NCBI GenBank assembly: GCA_964416135.1
Contig: CAYQCU010000003.1
Span: 68,815-132,814 of the forward strand
Direction: 5' to 3'
Origin: an uncultured Bifidobacterium sp.
GTDB lineage: Bacteria; Actinomycetota; Acidimicrobiia; Acidimicrobiales; Ilumatobacteraceae
Length of the DNA stretch: 64,000 bases
In this document: piece after piece, positions 27,290 through 35,761 of the stretch
How positions within the stretch are numbered: the first letter of the stretch is position 1
How the letters are laid out: each line of letters begins with the position of its first letter
Translations under genes and position numbers: made by a program
Notes under the pieces: model-generated
Told to the model about the DNA's origin: nothing
The model's input: the letters and a program-made list of their open reading frames with translations, nothing else
Database searches by the model: none

Positions 27290-28630
27290 GAACCGTTCGC
27301 GCGGGATCTCCTTGCGTTGACCGGACAGACTCTTCACCCGCAGGATCCGCACCAAGAACCAGCGCACGTAGCGCATGACGTACGAACGCAACTCGAGCGT
27401 GGCCTTTCGCCACTTCATGTAGCGATAACGGCGCTGGGCCATGAGCGACTGTTTGCGCACCAGTTCGCGGTGGAACTTGGCGACCTGTCGGCGGGGCTTG
27501 AGCGTGCCGTGACCTTTGTTGGGGCCGCGCAGGTCGGGTACGTGACCGCCGAGTTCGGCGAGATGCCGGGCGTAGGCGTAGGCGAATTCGCCGAACACGA
27601 CCCTGTCGGTCTGTGATTCGCGGATCTCGTCGACTCCGACCTCGATCGACACACATGCGCCGTTCGACACGATGTCGGCGAGCACCTGCTCGGCGAAGGG
27701 CGTGCGGCAGATCACCAGACTCACCCCGGTCTTGGTGAACACCGTGCTCGGCAGCCACGCGTCACCGACGACGAAGTCGGCGAGGAAGTTCGAGTGGTTG
27801 ACGCACACGTGACAGCGTGTGGTGTTGAAGTGCCGGTCGAAGGCGACTTGGTAACCGAAGTCGACCCGACGACTGGCCGTGTGCACGGTGCCTTCGGTGG
27901 TGGTGACCGTGAGTTTTCCCACCGGTCCACCGCCCCTGTAGGAGATGTCGTCGATGGTCTCAGGGTCGTATCCGAGGTACTCACCCATCGCAGCGATGCT
28001 GTGGTGCGAATACTGCCAACCGCACAGCAGCCCGACGGTCAGTGCGACCTTGTCGCGCAACGCCGGTTCGGCGTTGCGGACCCACTGCCACATGCCCTCG
28101 AGTTGGCACGGAATACCGACCATCGCGAGACGACCGGGCGTGTCGCGCAACAACTCGAGCGCCCGTGTCTGTTTGAGGTTGTGGTAGATCGACCCCGGCA
28201 ACGAGTCGACGTCGTCTGGTTCGGTGACGAGCCGTGCGGCGAAGTCGACGCCCGCGACGTGGTCGAGAGCGATCACGCCGTCGATCTGCCCGGTGGCGAG
28301 CAAGTGCCGCAACACCTCTTTGATGAGACCCCCCGACGACGCACGAACGTTGCGTTCGTGGTCGGTGCTCTGGGCGAGATGGACCGACCGCACGGCGCCG
28401 TAGGGACCGACATCCTCGCCCGGAAAGAGCCACCTCTGGAGACCGGCGTAGTCGACCTTCACGGCCGGGCACACAGCGGCGGCCGCGGCGCCACCGGGCG
28501 ACTCGGGCTCGTAGACGAGACTCTTCGGGTTCAACGACACCCGCACCGAGCCGTCGGCCATCTCGCACGCGCCGCACCCGATGCACATGCCCGAAGAGAT
28601 GACTCCCGACAAGTCGCGATCGACGTTCAT
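27275..28630 (-). CDS. Coenzyme F420 hydrogenase/dehydrogenase beta-subunit (FrhB)-like Fe-S flavoprotein
   Basis: N-terminal ferredoxin motif 'CIGCGAC...VCPA' followed by the FrhB-like 'ASSGGLIKEVLRHLLATGQIDGVIAL'. ATGA start/stop overlap with the upstream pyruvyl transferase. Confidence 0.75.
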   Translation of the reverse strand: MNVDRDLSGVISSGMCIGCGACEMADGSVRVSLNPKSLVYEPESPGGAAAAAVCPAVKVDYAGLQRWLFPGEDVGPYGAVRSVHLAQSTDHERNVRASSGGLIKEVLRHLLATGQIDGVIALDHVAGVDFAARLVTEPDDVDSLPGSIYHNLKQTRALELLRDTPGRLAMVGIPCQLEGMWQWVRNAEPALRDKVALTVGLLCGWQYSHHSIAAMGEYLGYDPETIDDISYRGGGPVGKLTVTTTEGTVHTASRRVDFGYQVAFDRHFNTTRCHVCVNHSNFLADFVVGDAWLPSTVFTKTGVSLVICRTPFAEQVLADIVSNGACVSIEVGVDEIRESQTDRVVFGEFAYAYARHLAELGGHVPDLRGPNKGHGTLKPRRQVAKFHRELVRKQSLMAQRRYRYMKWRKATLELRSYVMRYVRWFLVRILRVKSLSGQRKEIPRERFSGFR

Positions 28631-29895
28631 GCCCGACCTCTGCCGACGACCCGGGCGATCTCGGCGAAGTTCCGCCGAGAGCGATCGCGCACCGGCGGCA
28701 ACGCGGCCTGAATCTGTCCCGAGATCTCGTCGCGACGGGCGAGCGACGCCACGACCAGTTCGACGATCGACGACGTGTTCGCAAGTTCTGCCGAATCACA
28801 CCCGAGCTCGGCCAAGCCGAAGTCTCCGAGCACCTCGCGGTACTTGTGACTCCAGCCCACCACGACCGTCGGTGTGGCGGTGGCCAGTCCAGAGATCATC
28901 GCGTGGAAACGGCTGGTCACGAGCAGTCGCGACCCCGCCACGAGGTGCCTCAATTCTCCGGCGGTGAGGTCGGCATCGACGAGCACCACCTTGTCGTCGC
29001 TGGTCAGTCGTGCCGCGATCTCCCGGCACACGGGACCGTCGTTCATGCGGCCCTCGGGTGCGCCGACGCGGTACGAGTGCGGGGCGATCACGACCGCAAG
29101 TCCGGTGCGTGTGCGCAGTTCTCTGACGAGACGAGCCATCGCACCCACGTAGTCGTGGTCGCCGGTCGATCCGTCTCGTTCGAAGAGTCTGCGCACCACT
29201 GCACTCGGCATCACCACCAGGTGGTCACCGGCGGCTTCGATCTGCCGCGTCACTGCGGCGGGCAAAGTGGCGGCCTCGTCGAGCGAGAACGCGAGATCTG
29301 CCACGTCGATGACGTTGGTGAGACCGATCGAGTCGAGATGCTCACGTGTGCGGGCACCACGTGCACAGACCGTGGCCAGACGTGGCAGCACCAGCCGCGA
29401 GAGCGTGCGGTTCGGCTGGGTGGAGAAAGGCCCGAGTGCCTGGGCGAGTTTCAACGTGGGCACACCGAGCAACAGCGGCAGCCCCGTCATCAACGCGTTG
29501 TAGACGGTGATCGGTGTCCCGCGGCCGTCAGCGAAGCTGATTCCGGCAACGTCGAGCGCCGCGTCAGAGTCGAGCAGAGCCCTGTTCGCGCGTGTGCGCA
29601 CCCAGCCACGAGGGATGCGCACCAGGGCGAGCAGGGCCGACAGCAACGCCACCGGAAACTCCACGAGTGCGAGACGCCACGGCTCGAGCCCCACCACGTC
29701 CACTCTCGCCCCGCGTGTCGGCACACGATCGGCGTCGGCCTTCGGGTAGGTGGTGAGGAGCGAGAATTCGCACGCACCGACGTGCTCAGGCGCTCTCGCA
29801 ACGACGCTCTCGACCATCGCTGCTGCCCCTTTGTTGGCGGACAGAGCCGCGCCGAGGAGCGACAGTCGCACCGGTCGGTCCATGGTGCTCGCCAC
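28627..29895 (-). CDS. Polysaccharide pyruvyl transferase family protein (CsaB/WcaK-like)
   Basis: 'NKGAAAMVES' at the N-terminus and 'LLVTSRFHAMISGLATATPTVVVGWSHKYREVL' at the C-terminus are typical of the PS_pyruv_trans family. Confidence 0.75.
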   Translation of the reverse strand: MASTMDRPVRLSLLGAALSANKGAAAMVESVVARAPEHVGACEFSLLTTYPKADADRVPTRGARVDVVGLEPWRLALVEFPVALLSALLALVRIPRGWVRTRANRALLDSDAALDVAGISFADGRGTPITVYNALMTGLPLLLGVPTLKLAQALGPFSTQPNRTLSRLVLPRLATVCARGARTREHLDSIGLTNVIDVADLAFSLDEAATLPAAVTRQIEAAGDHLVVMPSAVVRRLFERDGSTGDHDYVGAMARLVRELRTRTGLAVVIAPHSYRVGAPEGRMNDGPVCREIAARLTSDDKVVLVDADLTAGELRHLVAGSRLLVTSRFHAMISGLATATPTVVVGWSHKYREVLGDFGLAELGCDSAELANTSSIVELVVASLARRDEISGQIQAALPPVRDRSRRNFAEIARVVGRGRA

Positions 29896-29896
29896 T

Positions 29897-30802
29897 TCAG
29901 GAGGGAGGAACCGTCGACGAAGGCTTCGTGGCCCGCACCACGAGGTCGGCCAGCAGACCGACGGTGATCACCTGCAGCGATGCGAAGAAGATCAACAGCG
30001 TGTTGGCGGCGAGACGGAAGTCGCGTTCGGCCCAGTCGAAACCGAGCTTCACGAAGCCGAGCAGCAACAGCGTCAGGCCGATCGGCAGGAAGACCTTCAG
30101 CGGGTTGTACGACAGCGTCATGCGGATGACCTGGAGGATGTAGCGCCGCGTGTCACGCAACCAGTGGAACTTCGACCGGCCGGCACGCGGGAAGTACTCG
30201 ATCGGCTTGAATCCGATGGAGTAGCCGCCACCGAGGAACGACATGGTGAGAGTGGTCACGCACGAGAAACCCTTCGGCAACTCGTGCACGTACTGCATCG
30301 CGACGTCACGACGGAATGCACGCAGACCCGAGTTCAGGTCCTTGATGTCGGTCTCGGAGAGGTACGAGGCGAGTTTGCGAATGAGCCACTTGGCGGGCGT
30401 GCGCAGCAACTTGTGCGTTCCCTCCTCGGTCTGGCGCCATCCCACGACGTGGTCCCATCCCTGCATGGCGTCGACCAGTTCGGGGATCTCGTCGTTCGGA
30501 TAGGTCATGTCGACGTCGGTCCACACCACCACCCGACCCCGGGCGGCAGTGGTCCCCGTGCGGCGGGCGGCACCGCTGCCCTGGTTGCGGCGGTGCGTGA
30601 TGAGGGTGATCCCCGGGATGTGCTGCAACTCGGCCTCTGAGCCGTCGTTCGAGCCGTCGTCGACGACGATGATCTCGAATGAGTACTTCGAGGCGGTCAA
30701 AGCGGCGGCGATGCGGTCGATCTCGGCGCGAAGGTGTCCCTTCTCGTTGTAGATCGGGAGCACCACGCTCACGTCACAGGTGTCGGGTTCGTAAGTTCTC
30801 AT
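29897..30802 (-). CDS. GT2 glycosyltransferase, polyprenyl-phosphate hexose synthase type (GtrB/ArnC/Ppm1-like)
   Basis: 'VSVVLPIYNEKGHL', 'IIVVDDGSNDGS' and the DXD motif 'WTDVDMTYP', with two C-terminal TM helices. Confidence 0.9.
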   Translation of the reverse strand: MRTYEPDTCDVSVVLPIYNEKGHLRAEIDRIAAALTASKYSFEIIVVDDGSNDGSEAELQHIPGITLITHRRNQGSGAARRTGTTAARGRVVVWTDVDMTYPNDEIPELVDAMQGWDHVVGWRQTEEGTHKLLRTPAKWLIRKLASYLSETDIKDLNSGLRAFRRDVAMQYVHELPKGFSCVTTLTMSFLGGGYSIGFKPIEYFPRAGRSKFHWLRDTRRYILQVIRMTLSYNPLKVFLPIGLTLLLLGFVKLGFDWAERDFRLAANTLLIFFASLQVITVGLLADLVVRATKPSSTVPPS

Positions 30803-30828
30803 GTCGTCTCAGGGCTTCGCAACGGCTG

Positions 30829-32658
30829 TCAGCAACCGGTCGCACCGACCCTTCTGAACAGTACCCGGTCGTGTACCGGCTCCTCTGACACCTGCTCCCA
30901 CTGGCCGTCGCGCGGCGGGCTGCCGCGCCATCCGTAGACACACCTGTAGTCGCCGGAGACGGTGGCGCCTTCACTCGAGATGTCGAATCGGTCGAGAAGC
31001 ACGGGGTGGATCTTCTGACGAATGAAGTAGTACGCACGATCGTTGCGTGCGCCCTGGGCGAAGCCGATGCGCACCGGATCGCCTGCGAGGGCAACCTCGA
31101 AACTTGCGCCCGTCTCGGCGAAAATGGCCGCCTTCGGACGTTCGAGCACGCTCCGTTGGCCTGACACCACCGCGCTCACCGCGAGCAGCAGCACCATGAG
31201 CACCGGCGCCACTGCCCCTCTCCGCGCAGAGACGAACCACAACAGCAGCCCGACCGCCATGAACAACAGTCCGAAACTGACCAGACCCGGGCTGACGACG
31301 TACTGCGCGGCATCGACTCCGACGATGTTCGGGAACACGATGTTCTCGCGACTGAAGTGCCAACGACCCTTGAGGGCGTCACCACCGTCGGCGACCACGT
31401 AGACACCGGCGACGAAGAGAATGCCGAGCGCCGAGACCAACCACAGTCGTTGCGCCACACGGAACGTCTGCTCGAGCGCCACCAACGCGACGACCCACAG
31501 GGTGGGCACGAGTAGTTCTGCATACCGGCCGTAGATGAGGTGGTCGCCACGGCTGCCGTAGAGAAGCTGGAGTCCACCGGTGAAGATCAACGCCACGGTG
31601 CACGCGACCACCACGGTGAGTGCAAGACGGGCCGGGTCGCGTCGCAGCGGAGCGTCGCCCCCGCCCGGCCGCGCACGCCACAGAGACCACAACACCGCCA
31701 CCCCGGCGAGACCGAACGACGTGGCGAGCAGATACCACGACTGGCCAGTCATCGTGCGCAGCAACGCCGGCCACGTGTCGATGTCAAACAACCGACGCAA
31801 GAGCCTGTTCTCCTGGTCGTACGACGCCGCGTAGACCGAGTCTTTGACGAATTTGTTGAGCAGATACGACACCGCATATCCGCACGCGGCGACACCGACC
31901 GCGCCGATCGCGAGAATGCGCGACATGTCGCGCCTCCACCCCCACCACACCAACACCAGACACACGATGGGAAGCATCAAGGTGAATCGACCGTGCAATG
32001 CCGGCAACAGGCCCGCATAGGCACCGAGTCCCAGCACTGTCACCGGCGACAGCGACCGCGCGGCGACGATCACGAACCAGATGAGCCCGAGGAATGCGAG
32101 TCGCGCCAGAGTCTCGGGCCACGAAAACATCGCCGACACCACGGTGCCCGGTGCCACGAACACGAGGAGACCCGCCAAGTTCCCCGTCGAACGAGACGCT
32201 CCAAAGCCCCGAACGGCAAGGTGCCGGGCAACCAGACCCACGAGCAGCGCCACGATCATGTTCACGACGAGAGCGAAGCGGTACGCACCGCCGATCGACC
32301 CGGTGACGAGAGACCCGAGTCCCGTCACCACGCCGTATCCCGCCGGGTAGAAGCTCCCGGTCGGCACCTGGGCTTCGACATGGCCGATCAACACCTGACC
32401 GTTGGTGAGAAAACCGAACTCGTCGGGGTGGATGGTCGGGCCACTCAGGCGAAGCGCCACCGACACCATGAACACACCGCACACTGCGGCCGCCACTGTC
32501 GCGACGGCAATGAGGCGACTCGACGGCGTCGCGCTGTCGGCGTCGTGGACGAAATCGTCACCACGCTTCAGGATTCGTGCCACCGGAGCGAGAACCCTGC
32601 TGATCACCTGGTCAACCCTAGTGATCTCGGTGCACCGCCCCCGGTACACCGAGACCAC
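30829..32658 (-). CDS. Large polytopic membrane protein, GT-C-like glycosyltransferase candidate
   Basis: About 12-14 hydrophobic helices followed by a soluble C-terminal domain of about 110 aa. It sits next to a polyprenyl-P-sugar synthase, the classic GT2 plus GT-C pairing. GTG 32658 directly abuts the upstream stop; the true start may lie further downstream. Confidence 0.6.
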   Translation of the reverse strand: MVSVYRGRCTEITRVDQVISRVLAPVARILKRGDDFVHDADSATPSSRLIAVATVAAAVCGVFMVSVALRLSGPTIHPDEFGFLTNGQVLIGHVEAQVPTGSFYPAGYGVVTGLGSLVTGSIGGAYRFALVVNMIVALLVGLVARHLAVRGFGASRSTGNLAGLLVFVAPGTVVSAMFSWPETLARLAFLGLIWFVIVAARSLSPVTVLGLGAYAGLLPALHGRFTLMLPIVCLVLVWWGWRRDMSRILAIGAVGVAACGYAVSYLLNKFVKDSVYAASYDQENRLLRRLFDIDTWPALLRTMTGQSWYLLATSFGLAGVAVLWSLWRARPGGGDAPLRRDPARLALTVVVACTVALIFTGGLQLLYGSRGDHLIYGRYAELLVPTLWVVALVALEQTFRVAQRLWLVSALGILFVAGVYVVADGGDALKGRWHFSRENIVFPNIVGVDAAQYVVSPGLVSFGLLFMAVGLLLWFVSARRGAVAPVLMVLLLAVSAVVSGQRSVLERPKAAIFAETGASFEVALAGDPVRIGFAQGARNDRAYYFIRQKIHPVLLDRFDISSEGATVSGDYRCVYGWRGSPPRDGQWEQVSEEPVHDRVLFRRVGATGC

Positions 32659-34062
32659 TCAGAGATATCCGGGAAGCGAGACGCGGCTCATGTCACCACC
32701 GGCGAAGACACCGCCGTCGACCGGCAGGTGAGCGACATCGAGAAGTCGCAACGCATCGCCGGAGGTGATGCCGTCGCGCACCATCGCCGCGGCGTGTTCG
32801 GCGACTGCCGCATTGAACAGACGACGCACGTCGCGGGCGTTTCCGAAGGCTTCGTGACGTGGCCAGTTGGCCACGATCTCGGCGGCCGCGGCGCGCGACT
32901 CGGCAGTGAGCAGATAATCGTGCTCTGCGACCATGCCCTCGAACACCGCCAGAAGCTCGTGGTCTTCGAAGTCGGGAAAGTCGAGAGTGTGGTCGAACCT
33001 GCTCGCGAGCCCCGGGTTCTGACGCAGGAACTCGCTCATCTCGCCCGGGTACCCGGCCACCACGATTGCGATCTCGCCACGGTTGTTCTCCATGTAGGCA
33101 AGGATCGTCTCGATGGCCTCGGCGCCGTAGTCGTTGCGGTGATCTGAGTTCAACGTGTACGCCTCGTCGATGAACAGCACTCCACCCTTGGCCGTGTCGA
33201 GCACTTCGCGAGTCTTGAGTGCGGTCTGCCCGACGTACCCGGCCACGAGACCGGAGCGATCGACCTCCACCACGTGACCGGTGCTCAACAGGCCGAGTTC
33301 TTTGTAGAGGCGTCCGACGAGTCGCGCCACGGTGGTCTTACCCGTACCTGGGTTGCCCGTGAAGACCAGGTGCGGCGACGGAGTCACCGCACGCAGTCCC
33401 GCCCTCTGGCGGTGCTGTGCCACTTGCTGCACTGCCGTCAACTGACGAACAAGGCGCTTCACCGGCGCGAGACCGATCAGTGCGTCGAGTTCGGCCAGCA
33501 CCGCATCGGTACCGGTTGCGGCCGGAGCGGTGACCCTGATCGACGACGGGGTGCTGAACCTTTCGGAGTCGAACTTGTCACTGCGGCGCGAACTGGCCGC
33601 GACCCCGGCACCTTCTTCTTCGGCGGACGCCTCGCCACCCGCGTCACGCAGTTTCTCGGCCCACTTCTCGACGACATGGTCGATCGAACCGATGGCCTGC
33701 TCGATCTCGGCCTCGGTCACCTCCTCGGCCAGGAACGAGTGCGTGGCGAACACCTGGAGCCGGCGAGCACCGACGCGTTCGGTACGGGTCTGCACGAACG
33801 GCATCCACCCGGTGCGGGTGGCCAACCACCGAAGCACCTCGTCGGTCTCGTCGAATTCGCCCACTTCGGCGTCGATGCGCAAAACCACGGTGTCGTTGAA
33901 GCGCTCGTAGAGCTTCGCAGTGCACACCACCATGTTCTCGTGGGTCATGAACTCGACCGGGAACCCGACGTAGTCGGTGTCGTCGTCGCCCGAGAGCACC
34001 ATCGCATGTTTGGCGATGAACCCGGCGATCTTTTGTTCGAGCTCGAGCATGCTGACTGTCAT
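32659..34062 (-). CDS. AAA+ ATPase of SpoVK/CbxX/EccA type with YbjN-like N-terminal domain
   Basis: AAGGAGG RBS before ATG 34062. Walker A 'GNPGTGKTT', Walker B 'VLFIDEAY', 'IVVAGYPGEM' and 'ASRFDHTLDFPDF'. The N-terminal 130 aa resemble a YbjN/T3SS-chaperone-like fold (low confidence). Confidence 0.85.
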   Translation of the reverse strand: MTVSMLELEQKIAGFIAKHAMVLSGDDDTDYVGFPVEFMTHENMVVCTAKLYERFNDTVVLRIDAEVGEFDETDEVLRWLATRTGWMPFVQTRTERVGARRLQVFATHSFLAEEVTEAEIEQAIGSIDHVVEKWAEKLRDAGGEASAEEEGAGVAASSRRSDKFDSERFSTPSSIRVTAPAATGTDAVLAELDALIGLAPVKRLVRQLTAVQQVAQHRQRAGLRAVTPSPHLVFTGNPGTGKTTVARLVGRLYKELGLLSTGHVVEVDRSGLVAGYVGQTALKTREVLDTAKGGVLFIDEAYTLNSDHRNDYGAEAIETILAYMENNRGEIAIVVAGYPGEMSEFLRQNPGLASRFDHTLDFPDFEDHELLAVFEGMVAEHDYLLTAESRAAAAEIVANWPRHEAFGNARDVRRLFNAAVAEHAAAMVRDGITSGDALRLLDVAHLPVDGGVFAGGDMSRVSLPGYL

Positions 34063-35567
34063 TCGGCCTCCTTGCCGTTCACGGGAGCGGAATGCCACGT
34101 ACCGGCATGCCATTCGTTGTCGAGGAAATCGTTGAAGCGCCGGTTCCACGGGTCGTAGAGGGGCCACTCGGCCGACACCCAGTGGTGTGCTGTGGCGTGG
34201 TCGACCCCGTTGGTGCGCATGTACCACGCACGCAGCGCGAGTGTTGTGCGGCTCGCACCGCCATGACAGTGCACCAGTACCTCGCGACCGTCGGCGAGGA
34301 ACGCATCGATGGTGTCGACCACGTCGAGCACCGCGGAGTGCAGACTCGGGTTGTGGTCACCATGATCGTCGATCAAGTACACCTGGCGACGCAACGCGCG
34401 GTCGTCGAGTCGACCCTCGGTGTGGCACATTGACACGACAGCCAAGTGCGCTGGCGCATCCTCGGCACCGCCGAGATTCGCCGCCCACACTCCCGCTGGG
34501 TGCAACTTGCCGAACTTGCGGTGCGCCTGCGGCGGGTTCGGTTTCGAGACACCGAGACCGAGCAGCACACGACCGAGATCGACCAGGTCTTGCGAGGTGT
34601 AGTGACGACGACCCGTCGGCGAGTCGACCGTTCCGTGCACGTATGTCGACCAGCGCGAGGGAATGGCTTGGAAACCGAACCTGGCACCGGCCATGACACC
34701 TGCGATCGCAGCCACCGTGTCGGTGTCACCGCCCAGGTCGACGGCGGCCACGATCGCATCGTGGAACGAGTCGGCGTGGCGCACAGCCCACAATGCCTGT
34801 GCCGTGGCGGTACGTGCCGAGCCGTTGGACGGCCCGTCGTCGGTCTCGGGCGACCACGACTCGTCGAGCGCCGGAGCCAACTGGGTTGCGAAGACATCTG
34901 CGAACCGCGTGGACGGCATCATCTCGGTCGCATCGTGCACGGCAGCCGCGAAGTCGCCGTGAACCACCGTGGCACGCGCCACCTCGGCGACGAACACGGC
35001 CGCCGCGGCCGCTACCTGATCGAAGTGAGTGAGCGCGGCCTGCGCTGCTGCCAGTTCGACCGTGGCATCGCGGCCGAGCCGCACCCCACACACCGCCACC
35101 GGCGCAATGCGCATGACTGCTCCGTTCGACCCGCTGCGTCCACCTGTCTTGTCGTGAGCGATCTTTGCGGCACCTTCGTGCGATTCGTTCGACAACGCAT
35201 AACGCGTGGTGATGCCGACATCGACTGCACCCTTGGCCCACACGGTGAAATGGCGCCACACGACGGCGGGATCGAAACCACCGGCCTCGACGAGCGCGGC
35301 CGCCAGCGCCAGTGCCATCTGTGTGTCGTCGGTGAATTCACCGGGAGCCCACCCGAAACCACCGCCACCCACCATTTCGCCGACACCTGACAGCACCGGT
35401 CGGGGGAACTCGTCGGAGTACATGCCCGGGTCGCCGAATTCGAACGGTCCGCCGAGAGCATCGCCCACGGCTGATCCGATGATGATGCCGATCGCTCGGT
35501 CGCGCTGGGCCCTGGTGAGCCCGCGGGTGAGTGCTGCAATGTGGTCTGAGATGGGTCGTGGGGTCAT
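34059..35567 (-). CDS. ADP-ribosylglycohydrolase (ARH/DraG family) fused to C-terminal Cys-based (dual-specificity/PTP-like) phosphatase domain
   Basis: AGGAGA RBS before ATG 35567. ARH motifs 'GSAVGDALGGPFEF', 'FTDDTQMAL', 'GSNGAVMRIAP' and 'LGGDTDTVAAIAGVMAGA'. The C-terminal 'VLVHCHGGASRTT' is an HCX5R(S/T) P-loop. Confidence 0.8.
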   Translation of the reverse strand: MTPRPISDHIAALTRGLTRAQRDRAIGIIIGSAVGDALGGPFEFGDPGMYSDEFPRPVLSGVGEMVGGGGFGWAPGEFTDDTQMALALAAALVEAGGFDPAVVWRHFTVWAKGAVDVGITTRYALSNESHEGAAKIAHDKTGGRSGSNGAVMRIAPVAVCGVRLGRDATVELAAAQAALTHFDQVAAAAAVFVAEVARATVVHGDFAAAVHDATEMMPSTRFADVFATQLAPALDESWSPETDDGPSNGSARTATAQALWAVRHADSFHDAIVAAVDLGGDTDTVAAIAGVMAGARFGFQAIPSRWSTYVHGTVDSPTGRRHYTSQDLVDLGRVLLGLGVSKPNPPQAHRKFGKLHPAGVWAANLGGAEDAPAHLAVVSMCHTEGRLDDRALRRQVYLIDDHGDHNPSLHSAVLDVVDTIDAFLADGREVLVHCHGGASRTTLALRAWYMRTNGVDHATAHHWVSAEWPLYDPWNRRFNDFLDNEWHAGTWHSAPVNGKEAE

Positions 35568-35610
35568 GTATCTCCTGTTCTCGACCGGAGCATCCGGCCG
35601 CTCGTGCACA

Positions 35611-35670
35611 GTTGTACCAAGCCGGTGTCTCACCGTTTCGGGTACAACAGACCAGTATACATTCCTGTAT
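35611..35670. promoter_or_regulatory. Two inverted repeats in the divergent ARH-phosphatase / Nudix-regulator spacer (candidate operators)
   Basis: GTTGTACC (35611-35618) pairs with GGTACAAC (35641-35648). ATACA-ttcc-TGTAT spans 35657-35670. Both lie in a locally AT-rich 194-bp intergenic region. Confidence 0.4.
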
Positions 35671-35761
35671 TTTTGACCTTCTCGAGCGTCCTCAGACCAG
35701 AAGTGACGAAAAATGTGGGGAAATAGATGTGTTTTCGTCCCGAATCTGACAGGATTTGCCC

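Noticed and set aside
31540-33147. 535-aa ORF on the + strand
   Set aside because: It is antisense to the GT-C-like membrane protein and the AAA+ ATPase. It is extremely Arg/His-rich and spans a gene junction.
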